From the NCBI GenBank assembly GCA_964187785.1, contig OZ076409.1, positions 14,324,001 through 14,388,000 on the forward strand: a DNA stretch of 64,000 nt, read 5' to 3'. Origin of the DNA: Amphiscolops sp. MND2022. Lineage: Eukaryota. Under the pieces are notes generated by a model, which searched no databases, was not told the DNA's origin, and worked only from the letters and a program-made list of their open reading frames with translations. This document shows positions 24,445-37,520 of the stretch, one piece after another. The first letter of the stretch is position 1; each line of letters starts with the position of its first letter. A program made the translations under genes and the position numbers.

Positions 24445-27400
24445 TGGAATTACGGTAGCTTTAACTATCGGTTGAGAATAACCTCACTACCTCTCAATTA
24501 AAACCGTAGGTACCATGCACGAGACAAGGACTGGCTGAGTATCTACATAAATCTATTAACTTCAACTGCAAAGAAGAATCCGTGAAATCGAAGACGGTGG
24601 GAGTAAGTGTGACAAGGAAATCACGTTCCTTTTACAAATTTGCTATCTTGCCATCTTTCGGGGCAGTCTCGCTACTCTTGAGCTGTTTTAGAGGAGTCTT
24701 TTCACTAATGAAAAGGAGCGGTTTGAAAGTCAATTAATATACATCAAATAGATAGGGCGATTTATGGACACAAACACAATTTCACATCCCCGAATAATAG
24801 AATGGATAATTTGATGACATCGATAATAGCGGAGAAAAATACGGATTACAGTAGGAGGCATGGAATAGGTTCCAGCAAGGTTAGTTGTAGTATCCTTGAG
24901 GATGGGGTGTGATATCGAAGATATCGAAAAGATCATCTCGCCGCAAAATCTCTATCCGTCTTGGAGGGAAACGTTAACTAACTACCGGTGTATTCGTAGG
25001 CCCCTCAGCCTGTATCGGGGTCAGTGTATTCGTAGGCCACTGCGCCTGGTTTGGGGTCAGTGTATTCGTAGGCCACTGCGCCTGTTACGATAGGATCACT
25101 ACCGGACGCAAAGCAGCAAACCGTTCTTTAGATTTCAACTCACTTTGTGTGTCGCAAAAATGGCGCACATTTAGTTCAAACTTACTTTTTCGGCAGTTTA
25201 GTCACTTAAGTATTCGTATTTCGTCATCATTCTTTTTTTGGTGCCTGACTAAGTGTTGAGTAAGACAGTTGTCCCTACTTCGGTACTAAAAATTCTTCAG
25301 AGGAATACATTTTCTCATCATGAGTCAGTCCTGGTTCCACCTCCTTGTCAATCATGACTAGTTGTTTCACTTCGTTTTCAATGGAATTTAAGGGGAGGTG
25401 TCACTGACTCAATTTTTCCCACTTTTGTAAGCACGACTTGAACTTCGGCTTACTGATTGACATTTGCAGTTTTTGTCAGGTCTTTTTTTCCCACACGGCC
25501 CCTGACAACTCTCTCCAGCTAGATATGGCTGAATGAAATAATTTTCCACAATTTACAATGACATAAAATGCGAGTTTAATTCCTGTCCTGAAAAGTCGAT
25601 TTTTGGGTTACGCATTTAAAGGACAAAAACTAGATGTTCCGATCACCGGGGGCCAAAACTAAGCACTTCATCTAAAAAAACATTTGATGGGCTACAAAAA
25701 TGCTCGTGTTCATTATCTTTTTATTTCAACTCCTTCACGGTGAAAAACGCCCTTGAAGTACAGTAGCGAAAAATCACTTTTTGACATTTACTGAATTCTC
25801 AACTTTGGAGGACTCGTACTCATCCAGTTCAAAAGATACAGGGTGGGCACCTATACACAACGCTAGCCCAAGCCAAGCGAAGTATTTTGCAGTTTGGACC
25901 AAGATGAGGTCTCTAGCTTGCTTCAACAATTTTTGGTAACGGTTTTTCTAAAAGAGGTCCTTTTTCGAATTTTGGTGACATGACTTTCAACTTTGACGGT
26001 CAATATCTCAACACCACGGCATGTTTCGGAAAAACTCTTCTGGTAAACGCTGTGCGCGAGACTCTTGAGGGTCTACCCTGAAAGTTGCAGCTCGATATCT
26101 TCCAAAACGTGCGGAGGGGGGAGTTCGCATTTTGGTAGGTCGACATACCTATGAGCAGATAATAATCACAACAAATTCTTGGAAGTTTTTCGCTAGCGCG
26201 CCGCAGCACTGTATTTATTATTCTATTCACTCCTCCGCTTCAATTCACAAGTACGCTGTGAAGGGGGCGTCTTTCGTGCGCTTCTACGTTGAGTACTAAG
26301 CGATAACACGCGAAAAACGGCTTTTTAGGCCATTTTGGGGCCATTTTTAACGTTTGCTGGGTCAAACCTCAAAAACTACTGAATATTAGTTATTTTCCTT
26401 TTAACACAAGTTAGGACATTCAGTTATCTTTAATTTAAGCCATATCCGAACGTTTTCTGACAAGTTTAGCGATCACACGAAGTTTTTAAAGGAAACTCAT
26501 TTTTAAAAATTCGTCAAAATTTTATACAAACCTTTTTTCAACGCTTCCCCCTAATATGTTCTCGACGTCGCACGGGGCTCATATTCTCAATTCAAGCTCT
26601 CCTGTGGACGGGCTGAAAACCGTTTGTTGATATCTTTCTCCATCTTCGAGAAATCGCGTTTTGATTTTTAATTTACATTAAGAGTGGGATAATTCCAAAG
26701 TGTGTGGCGGCCGTTTTCTTATTAGCTGTGCGTTCAGCCACTCACAGCGCGTTCTCATTTTCATTCCTTTCGCTTTCTGACACGCTTAGTTGAGTTGCGT
26801 TCTATGCTTATACCGCTAATTGTGAAGTTTCACACCTAGCCACTCTCATTTACACGTGTTAACATAGCAATTCCGCTAACTTTCTTTTCTTCGTAAAAAT
26901 GGCTTCTTCATCTAATTCCCGTTCATTAAAGTACTCTACTGATTACTCAACACGTAGTCAAGGCGTGGTTGAACGTATGAGTGATATTTATATGGGTTTC
27001 ATTAACAATGATAATGTTTCTGATTTCCCTTTAGTTCATGAACTTTGGCCGCATTTCCCTACTATTTCCCCTGCTAATTTTAACTCAATTTCTCCCTCGA
27101 AGCCATGTAATCTTGCTGGAGTAAATACAGAGCCTAGAGGCATTTTAAAGCAAATTTCTGACCAGCCTAATTTAACTTGGACCGATTTAGAAAACTTTTC
27201 TGACCCTCTTTAATTAATATTACGAAAGGACCAGAGTATTCTGTAACTCGTGAATTTATTAATTCCATGGAGGGTGAAATGGATTTTGTTAACTGTATTA
27301 CTTCTTTTTCAAAGGGGGCCGCGTGAAAAGGAGGCGATATATTTAGGATTTACCATTCAACGGCCGGGTGACCTAATTTATATTCCCAGTTTCCGGTCTC

Positions 27401-27797
27401 ATGCGGTGTTTATCTCTAGACTCAGGTAGGCCAACAACGTTATCTGGTTGGGATGCTTCGACGATCGTGGATTCTTATATTATTACGCGGACATTAGACG
27501 AATACAACGTGGGGGTATGACGTGGCACCTGGAGAAAAATTCTACGGACACAGGGCAGGGAGGAATTACGCAAATGGGTGTTTTCGCCAGCAGAGGGCCC
27601 TCAAACCTCAAAAGAACAACTTCTCAAACACTGGACGTATTGGGAGGCTTATTGTCCCCATCTACTTAATACCTTGTCTCTTTAATGCTATTGTGTACTA
27701 ACTTGATATCACACCTGGTTGGTCTAATGTAACCTTGCTGATTAAAAAAATTTTACATAAACATCATAAAATAAGTGGGAAGTTCAAAAATCCTACA
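24445..27797. repeat. Unit 2 (partial) of head-to-tail duplication
   Basis: Collinear with 19077-22491; has an extra ~200 bp at ~25956-26160 and lacks ~200 bp of the JmjC core; ends at a HINE-like element. Confidence 0.93.
26899..27685 (+). pseudogene. JmjC pseudogene, copy 2 (HxE segment deleted)
   Basis: Same N-terminus MASSSNSRSLKY; QRPGDLIYIPSFRSHAV retained; deletion junction at ~27310. Confidence 0.78.
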
Positions 27798-28186
27798 ACG
27801 GGAACGTCTAAAGTTGGCGCTATATGAGGCTCAAAAAGGGCAAAGTTTTTAAAATTGTAAAAGAGGCGACCCCTTGGGTTTTCTGCAAGTCCAGTTTGTT
27901 GCAAAATATCAAACATTTGAAGGGGGACCCTTTGGAGACAAAAAACGAAAGAAAGGTCGCACAGTGCCAAAAACAATTGAGAGGGGACCCTATAGGCCCG
28001 TCCGGTTTTGTATCTTACGTTAAAATTTGAGTACACAAATGGGGGATCCTTTGCACTAACTTAGATGCGTTTCACTTGCCGGTCCAGTAGTTTAGTAGTT
28101 CTGTAGAAAAAGTGTTCACTATGCATACATTCTGTTGTCTGACGAAAAAAACTAGTCACTTTTAAAGGAAAAGGCGTGGACGAAAA
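27796..28186 (-). mobile_element. HINE/DINE-1-like copy
   Basis: ACGGGAACGTCTAAAGTTGGCGCTATA terminus plus GGGGGACCCTTTGG modules. Confidence 0.6.
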
Positions 28187-29517
28187 ACCTAAACATGAAA
28201 GAAGAAATTCTGACACACCCACTGAACCGGGACAGGATGTCCAAATAATTTTTCGGAAAACTACACAAAAAACTAAACTGAGAAAATCAAATCATAGCAG
28301 CGATGGGCAGTTCCAGTGAAATTCCTTGCGCACGAATCGGCAAGGTTTCAGAACAAAACAAGTCTTTCAAATCCTGACAATCTTAAAAATTTTCAATCCC
28401 TAAAGATTACTGGAAAAAATAGAAGTCGATAAACTAAAATAGAAGTCAAAAATTTCCAATTCGAAACATAATGAAATAGAATCATGCACACCGGACAATA
28501 CATACCGGAGACAAAACGAAAACTCTCTAATGATATTTCAAGAAACGATGAAGGAGAATTCTCAAACCATCTCGTCATGTGCAGAACCAAAAGTAAAGAC
28601 GAAGCACTAGCGGAAACGCCACTGGGAAGAAAGATTCGGTATGCGAATATTCTTCATTTTCACAGAGAAAAAAAAACATAACATAACTTCAGTAGAAGCG
28701 AGATTTCTACATGAAATCCGAACCGCAATTAGTTCAGCTGAACATTCGGTAACTACAGATAACAGGAAAACCACGCACCAAATGTTCCTTTGGCACCAGT
28801 TGTACTTCATATAGAAAAAACGTAACCAGTTGTACTTCGTATAGAAAAAACGTAGCTAAATGACGTTATATTTACACCGTGGAAGCACTATTACGGGGTG
28901 CTGCCGGCAAAAACTAACTGGCGCAAAATCCTACGGGAAATACTGGACAGGAAACCGAAAATTGTACGAACCAACGAATCAAGAAAGACACCAAGGAGTG
29001 CGGAAGTTAAAATGTTTTTTTCTTTTCTTTTCTTTTTTGGTTGAAAAAAAAGACGCCGATGAATACGCTCGTGAGACGTTCGTTAACTCCGAAAATAACG
29101 GATCTATACCAATTCACTTTACCGGAAGGTGGAAGAAAATTTCCGACCGACGAAGTATCTACCGGTGAAAATAAAGTTAGTATTATTTTAACCGAAACTC
29201 TATCAACTGGATTCATCGAACCGTGAAAAAAAGGTACTGAATCCGTACGGGGGAATAAAATGCGCAAAAACTTTTGTGTTTAAGTGAATGGTTTTGAGCA
29301 ATACAGGTGTTGATTAGACTAGAAGAAAGGATACGCCAGAAAAGTTATATCAGACTTTTCAAAGTTATCAGACTTCAACAGAGAAGCAAGCCTACGACCC
29401 GGATCTTCTCAGATGTAACCAAAACTACTCAACTAGGGAGGGGTTATCTGATGGTTTAAACCAAAACCAGTCCACTCGGGAATGGCAACAAAGAGAACTG
29501 AAAGAACCTAACCTGTA

Positions 29518-30138
29518 CAGTAGCGTTCTAAAATATCGCAACCTCATAGCATAAAACGGCAAAATTCAAAACCAAATATCTCATAAACTGTCACGAATAC
29601 AAAATTTTTATCAGCTAGTTTCTTAGAATTTTATATAGTTTACAAAAATGTTTGTTTGAAATTTCTACGACCATTACCAAAAAAGTTGGAAATTGCAAAT
29701 TTTTTTTCGAATCAGAAAAAATGCACTTTATTTTGTGTCTATGCACTGAAGTACATGTATTAAAATAGGCTATAAGAATTGTATTTAAAAATTGATGATT
29801 TTTATTTGAAATCGAAAAAGTTTTCCAATCAAATTATAACAGCATCCTCAGGAGATTTGGGGGCAAATGATTGACTGAAAATTTTTCAAAAATATATTTT
29901 CAACTTTGTGAAAATCCAGAAAAAGTACAAATTTGATTAAATTTTGTCAAAATTTCCATTTTCTAACTTTTGTAATTTTTGTTGCAGAAATTTCAAACAA
30001 ACATTTTTGTAAACTAGATAAAGTTCCAAGAAACTTTCCTAGCTGACACTTTTTCGTATTTGTGACAGTTTTCAAGAAATTTGGATTTGAAATTTGCAAT
30101 TTTAAGCATTGGAGTTGCGATATTTTAGAACGCTACTG
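29518..30138. mobile_element. Tc1/mariner-type MITE with long imperfect TIRs
   Basis: TA|CAGTAGCGTTCTAAAATATCGCAAC ... GTTGCGATATTTTAGAACGCTACTG|TA; inverted similarity extends inward for more than 150 bp. Confidence 0.92.
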
Positions 30139-31379
30139 TAGATGTTTATGTTTTTGTTTACCAACAGTTCAATGTGAACACATACAAAGAGGAAACATTT
30201 GGACGATAGTCATCGGGTAAAGTAGAAAAATATTTGTGGAATCGGCCTCTTTTTTCCTTATCTATTCGACATAGAACATTCCTTGTGTACATCATCATGT
30301 TAGTATTCTATGGACGAAGCTTGTATGAGGCCCAAGTTTTTTTAGAACGCTTGAAAAATGCCTTGAATGAAGCAGCGCTACTATAGCTGTGTCGATCGAT
30401 CTTGTTATTGGCTTTTTGAGTCCAACACGTTGCCGAGATAAATTTCAGAATAACATCATCCTTTTCAATCATCGGGGTTATTACCACGTTTTCAGTGCCA
30501 CGAATTAAACCAGTGAAAATGCATTTCTGGAGAAACCCGGGAAAAGCGTACGCACGAGAAGCTGGAATTACAAACTCATCAAAAAAATTTCCTGGGCTTG
30601 TTTTTATGATATGAAGCTTCGGAAAAACGCCACAGTATCGAAAAAGTAAAACATGGGTGTTGTAATCGAATGTTCTACGGTTAAAACGAGTCTTTTTTCT
30701 GAGAGTTAACTGTAATGTCATCAAACAAACTACACATCACAATCTTTTCGTATCTAATGATCACGAGTCTAATTAACACAAAATGACAGCATTTAGAGTC
30801 TAGTGGTAAACAAGGCCATGTCTCTCTGTCTGAATCCGCTTGTTCTATGGTACGGTTGAAGGTCACGTTGGCAATTGACTGCGCATGTCACAATGGGACC
30901 CTTTGGTCTCGCGTAGTTTTCTAAACACAAATTATTGCATTTAACAAAGATGGACCCTTTATAGGCTTTGTGTATGTATGGCAGAAAAAAAATCCTGTAC
31001 GAGGTTCACCATTCAGTGTGTGAGTTGTAGTACAGAGAAAAAACACCTAGCCCTAGCTTGTCCCTTAAAATCCACAAAAATTCGAAGTGACTTTCATGGC
31101 ATATATAGGTACCTTCCAAAATTAGTTTTTGTGGAAAGTGCGAAAGATGAAATAAAGTTGACGACTTCCACCGAAATCTGTTAAAAAAGGTTTGTGCGAA
31201 GAAAGAGTGACGTTGAATAACGTTTTCATGAAATACTGCTGTTTTTGAACCTCCGCCTCGTCCTTAGTAAAATGCAAAATAGTTGGAATATAACTTCAGA
31301 AATTCGGATATAGCGCTTTACTCAAAAGTTCAAAAACTATTGAAAAAAAATATTTTTGGGTATATATTGAGAAAACCTT

Positions 31380-32300
31380 ATTTCAGACTGAAAAAAAAAC
31401 AAATTGGAAACAGTCTCATAGTGCTGAAAAATTTGAAACAGAGACCCTTTGGGATTTTTGAAACTCGTTTGTTGCGAAATAGCAAAGAAATTGAAGTGGG
31501 GACCCTTTGGTGGCAAAAAAACTTTCAGGAAAAAAGTCGCACGGTGCCGGAAAAAATCAAGGGGGACCTTATAGTCTCGTTCAGTTCACGTTAACAATGT
31601 ATCTTACGTCAAAAATGGAATAAACGAAAAGAGGCCCTTTGCGCTAACTTAGATCCGTTTCCGCTTGCCGATCAACTAGTTTAGTAGTTCTGTAAAAGCA
31701 ACGCATCCCAAGGTCAAGCCGAACTACTTACTGTGGATAACCTACGACGAAACTGATATCCTGCAAGCACGTGGTACCGTGGTAGTGTGCTGTCTAGCGG
31801 TCCTTATTTCATACACAGCGATGACGCGCTACGTCATCCATGAATACGGATTAGAAGAGATCTTTAGACTACGACCAGTCGTTGGAAAGGCGATGCACCT
31901 AGTCAAGTCGCCAAATGCCCCATGGTACAATAACATTTATCTGTAGTCTGACGGAAAAAAAACAGTCAAGGTAATAGTCTGGCTTATTGCCCTAAAAAAA
32001 TTGCGCCGACTCACTAGTCGCTAAAATAGTCGGACCTCGTTCCCTTAAAAGTGAATAACAAGCCGAGAACGGCCAGAGTCGGCGCTTTATCTAAGACTCA
32101 AACTTGTAAAAGGGGGACCTTCGGGCTTTGTGAAACTCCATCTGGTTGCAAAGTATGAAAAAAAAACTGAAGGGGAGCCCTTGGGGACTTGAAAAAATGA
32201 GCTTTTTGAACAGTGTTACAGAGCCGAAAAATGTAAAAGGGGGGACCCTTTGGTGCCATCCAAAAAATTTCAAAAAAATGCCGCATAGTGCCGAAAAAAT
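31380..32300 (-). mobile_element. Cluster of two partial HINE/DINE-1-like copies
   Basis: GCGCCGACT at ~32003; ACAAGCCGAGAACGGCCAGAGTCGGCGC terminus at ~32058; same internal modules. Confidence 0.55.
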
Positions 32301-34592
32301 TCGATATTAATTCATTAATCATATAATTTTTAAATCATTTATTAATCCATCTAATTTCAATATGCAAACATTTATTTCATTACCGATGATTACATTCATG
32401 ACGTTTATCTTTGAAAACAAAATGAGTACAAAGTCGCCATATCGACCAAATCGTGAAGTCTTACTTTTTAATCCGTAGTAGTAATTTCATAATTAGGTGC
32501 AATGATGACCGAAAAGTGCAGTCATAGCTTGCACACCATCGCAATAATTGAGTTAATTGATGGAGATTTATAGATGGTGCTAATTAACACTTTTCCGTGC
32601 GCGCAATATTAGTGGCTGGTCCTAGTGAGTGATAAGACGCTGTAATCAGTTAAGCGTCGATACCAGTAAGACCACATTACAATTTTTGCTACCACGGCTG
32701 ATAGTTACAATCGTAAACTGTAATCTTATGTTAAAATTTAGCCTCAAACTTTACCTTCTAACCAATCTTCATGCCAATAAACCTTCAAAATCTTATCGTA
32801 TTGTTCATATGGTAGAAACTAGATTGCAAAGTAATAGAAACATTTTGATTGAAATCGAAACCATGACCGACAGGGAAAGCAATCATAGCATCTCCGAAAT
32901 GCCTTCGCGAGATCAAATGATTGACATTTGATAAATGGATATTTATTGAATCATGAGAGAGAGAGAGTACGACAGAAACAGGATATAACAACGGTTTTCA
33001 GATATGATACAACAGATTGGCGAGCTGACAAATATCGTTTTACACTTACTTGAAAAGATTTCCACTAGCATTGGAGAAGGGACCGGAATAAACGTACTGA
33101 CTACTGAACCTAACAGCCGTTCCGACAACTACCATTATATTTCGCCACGAAACCTAAGATACATTTTCCATTTTCCAATTTTTCCATTTTTCCTGTTCTA
33201 TTTTTTTTGCCAAAAAGAGGGCCCTGCGCTCGAAACTTGCTTCCCTAGAGAAGTTATTGCTTTTTTCAGATAAACTGTCCAAACTGCACGTTTTGGGATT
33301 TGAATACACTGAAAGTTTTACTCCGATGAGATGATCAAAGACTTACAGATTGATAATTTTCAAACTTCAAGGTTTCATAATACAGACTTAAGATATGTGA
33401 CCTCATAAAGTAACCTGACGCGCAGAAATTGGTCGTCCTCACGATCTGTGCAACAAGAGACTTATATACCCGAGTTTGGATCAGAACTAGGTCAGAAGTC
33501 CCAAGTTACCGAGACCCGCTAACTTGACATCTTTACTTTGTGGGTTTCCGGACCTCGATAGCCTGCTCGTACCCGTAAATATGGCGGTCGGGATTTAGTA
33601 ACGGTGGCCAAGATCCGTACACAAGATAGTGTCGGGTAGGAATTTTAAAACTGTTCTCAGATATTCAAAGAACTGTAAGCTGCTAACAGTAATGGAGAGT
33701 GAAAACACGAATATTCAATAGATAGTCCCATCCGTTCCAGAATGTCTTCAGCAACCAAGAAACGTCATCATTCCTTTTGACAATTATTCTAGTTCAAGTC
33801 GATATTTATGAAAAGAGTGATTTTAAAATACCAAAGATCAACCTAAGCATGAATTGACTTTCAAAATATATAAAAACAGAAATCGAGACAAATATTGCAT
33901 GCGATGGAATGAAAAAATAATCCTAGTTTTAGCACAAGATGTTTTCAATTAAATGTTTCCAACCGTTTCTGTGAATAGGTACTAGATGCTAGAGAAAAAA
34001 TGCTAGTTTCACTCCGCTAATCAGCGATATGAAGAATTAGCGGCTACGCATAATTTTTCACTGCTTTCATTTTTGATTGAATTTAGCGGCAATAATACCG
34101 ATTTTGGACAGACAGTTGCCCCGCTTCAAAACACCGGAATAAACATGTTGACAACTGTTTCAGTTTTGACGCAAAAAGTCTTTGTAATGAACTTCATCCA
34201 ATTTTCGTTCCAATTTCTGTAATTTGAAAGTAAAGAAGATGAATGAGAAATTTTTTCACATCGGTGTTCCCAAAATCACTGGGGTGCGACGTTGGGTTTT
34301 TTGATAACTCCCTATTCGTTTATCCAGCCTAAATAGTCTGGGCTTCTATTTCTGTTCATCATTGTTTCTATTTGGACGAAAAATCAAAAAATGGACACAA
34401 TAGCACTGAGATTTCTCGTAAGCTGTGGGGAAACGCTTTTAAAAAATTATGAACTTCCCAATAGAATCGTTGTTGAAACCCACACGAACTTTTCGAAACA
34501 AAGTAATCCACTGCTTCTCCATTGTCAGACATATTTCAGAAAACACCATTAACTTGCGTACACCGCAAGATTATCAACCTTTTTGTTACCTC

Positions 34593-34930
34593 AACAAGCC
34601 GGGAACAAGTTGGCGCCATACCTAAGGCTCAAAAATGGCACATGGACTTCGAAGTGTCAAGTATTCTCTTCTACAGTACCAGAAAAACCCTAAAGTTGGA
34701 ACAAACTGGCGCACCGGGGCGGGCTAGCGTGGGCCCGTTGCGCGTTAAAGGGAGGGAGGGAATCATCTGGACTTTCAACATCCATTCTGTTGCAAAATAT
34801 CAAAAAATTGAAAGGGCCTTTTTGGAGATATTGAAAATTTTTCAGAAAAAGTGTCAAAATGCAGAAAAAACTGAAAGGGGGGACCCTTTAGTCTTGCCCG
34901 GTATTGTATGTTACGGTGAAAAGTGGAACA
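34593..34930 (-). mobile_element. HINE/DINE-1-like partial copy
   Basis: ACAAGCCGGGAAC-AAGTTGGCGCCATACCTAAGGCTCAAAA terminus; collinear with the reverse complement of ~12100-12211. Confidence 0.6.
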
Positions 34931-36569
34931 AGATGGTCTTTCTACAACTCTAGACATCAGTTTTCGTCCCAAAAGTGGTTTCCAGTGGGGACGTTTCCAA
35001 CATCGAGGAGGCTCCTCATTTAGAGCTCCGTGGCGACGCGACGGCACACGCAAAGTCCAGACACGTCCCACAAGCACCTAAAAACGAATCCTAAGGTTCC
35101 TGCGCTTTCCTACATAATCCCTAGGACCAAAAAGGGTATTTAGCTAAAGTACGTTCTTCTAGGGTGAAATGATCAAATTAAGGGATCTAACAGATCCGAC
35201 ATTATCGTACACCCGCAAATAAACATCAGTCACTCACAAACATCTGTAACAATATCAATGAATTTTCGGCCTGCGAAACAGTCCGTGGATAGGTTGCACC
35301 TTCAAATGGCACAACATTGCGTATTCTAGGGGTATTCTGTCAGTCTTTTCTCGCTCTTTGGTGTTCTCTCCGTCGGTGTCTTTTTTTCGTGCTCCGTCTT
35401 CTCAACTGATTTTCGGTACCCGCCCCCTGCATCACTGGAGTTTTCGAAACAAAATTGAAGAAAAATATCCTTTTTGGATGGCTTGGAGTTTAACTTTCCA
35501 ATCAAAATAGTTTAATTCACTCCAAATTTAACTCATGAGTGAAACTCGGAGTTAAATTGTGCATCACTGGAGTTTTCGAAACAAAATTGAAGAAAAAATA
35601 TCATTTTTGGAAGAATTTTTAATGATTTTTGCCCAAAAAACTATTTTCGCACAGTTTTTAGTTTTTCAGTTATGGAAAACCGTTTTCCGAATCCTCAATG
35701 TGACGGCTTTGGTTAGTTTTTGCACCTTTGGGCCGATGAGAATTTTCTTAATACTTGTGGAAAGGACAAACGTTTTTTTTTCAGCATTGCGCGACTTTTT
35801 CTCAAAAAAGTACACCCTTCACTTTTCGAGAGACTTTGGATTTAAACAAGCTGTTTGCGAATTGAAGGGTCTTCTCAATTTTTCGGCACTATGAAACTTT
35901 TTCAAAAAGAAATAATTGGAGAATTTTTTCAAACATTGGAATGTTTCGAGTTAGGGAAAAAGATGTTTTCGAATCTGTGAATTTTCAAAAAGTTTAGCAA
36001 TAGTCTTCCTTAGCATAGTTCTAACTATTTACTATGTTTGAATTTCGAGCGGAGGCCAAGATGACCTCAGTTTGTACATCCTGGGCGAAATGCCGTTTAA
36101 TTGGACGAAGAGCGACAAAAACGGCGGTTGATTGATCACTTCGTTTTCAACTGTATGTTGTGAGAATCAGACTCCAATAATGAGTTTAATAGATTGTCAG
36201 GTGAGTTGAATCAAAAGATTTCTCAAGAAATCGGTGAATTTATGAGTTCTGTCAGCTCCCAAATTCAGAGGGCCATAAATGAGGCTATAAATGACCATAT
36301 ATTGCCTCAGATTCAGGCAATTCTGAGGTCTGGTCAGTGGCACGCGCCTGAAAGAAGATGGGAAATTCCGGCTAGATGACAGGGGTTTAGCTCTGAAGAG
36401 GCCATTGACCGCAGATTCAGAAGTAGTTCTAGAGAGGAGTGTAATAGGAATTCTACTGGGAATGAAAACCTAAACAACACTTGTGACACCTATATCAATA
36501 AAGGCGCGCCAATTTCGGTACATACATACCATTCATTCATTTCGGTAGAGGCAGACACGAAAATATTGT

Positions 36570-37335
36570 AATAAGAGATCAATTACTAGATTGCAAATCT
36601 TTTTGTAAGTGCATAAGACTTTACATAGATCCAATACTGACATCCAGAGACAGAATAGACCATGATGTTAAAATTGCATGTTTTGAGGCTTAAATTAACA
36701 TGTGAGATATAATTGTATCCCAGAAAATGACTTACGCTTTATAATTTGTTTGAAAAGTCGATGATAGCGTATGGACTGCCTATTTACGGAAAGTGAACGA
36801 AAACAAACTTACAAAAGATCGACAATGCCCAAAAGCGATTTCTTCGTGTTATGTTCTACAGAACAAAACATGATTTTGATGCAGGAATAATTGTCCAGTA
36901 TCAAAACTAATGCAGTATATGAATTGTTCACAACGCGTTAGTGCATAAAGTCTTCAGAGAAGTCAGTATAGAGTTGCCATTGCAGTTATTGAAGTTTTCA
37001 GGACAATTGGAGTTTCAACGAAAAATAAAGTTGAACTCGAAAGGGCTCTTCACTCCTGTTATTGCGAGAGCTATTACAAAGCAAAACAGGTGTTGGCCTA
37101 CTCTTCCGAAACTAGCTCATAATTGGCTGGAAGAGTTAGACCTCATTGCTTCGCAAATAGGAACGACGACTGTGCGACAGTTAAGAATGCATCCCAATCT
37201 AATCAATGAGCTATATACATCGTTGAATATGAAGATCTCTCTGGATTATATTTCTAGACAATTAGATTTTGCAAGACAGAAGTATTTGGAATATTCTGCG
37301 TTAAGAGCTAGTGTGAACAAGCCGCCCGCTAAGCA
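36570..37335 (+). mobile_element. 3' remnant of a non-LTR retrotransposon (CR1/L2/Jockey-like ORF2 C-terminus)
   Basis: YNLFEKSMIAYGLPIYGK*TKTNLQKIDNAQKRFLRVMF fits the LINE RT thumb pattern Y...S.I.YG...YG...L..I...QKR.LR; many stops. Confidence 0.65.
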
Positions 37336-37391
37336 CCGGGATATTTTCCGCCCTTTTCGCCTTCACCAACTGAGCCATAGCAATTTTGGGA

Positions 37392-37520
37392 GGGGGAATA
37401 GGATCTAAAGAATAAGATCTAAGTTTTAGTGATTTTAGATCTTATTCCCTTTAGATCTTATTCCCGTCCTGAAATTTTAGATCTTATTCCCTATTTTGAC
37501 TTTAGATATTATACCCTCTA
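37392..37520. repeat. Small inverted/tandem array of TAGATCTTATTCCC units (MITE-like)
   Basis: GGGAATAGGATCTAA and GAATAAGATCTAA, followed by four TTAGATCTTATTCCC-like units. Confidence 0.6.

Noticed and set aside
28190..29515. Possible LTR or other repeat fragments (also ~33400-33630, ~34950-35430, ~38270-38780)
   Set aside because: No second copy, clear termini or TSD in the window.
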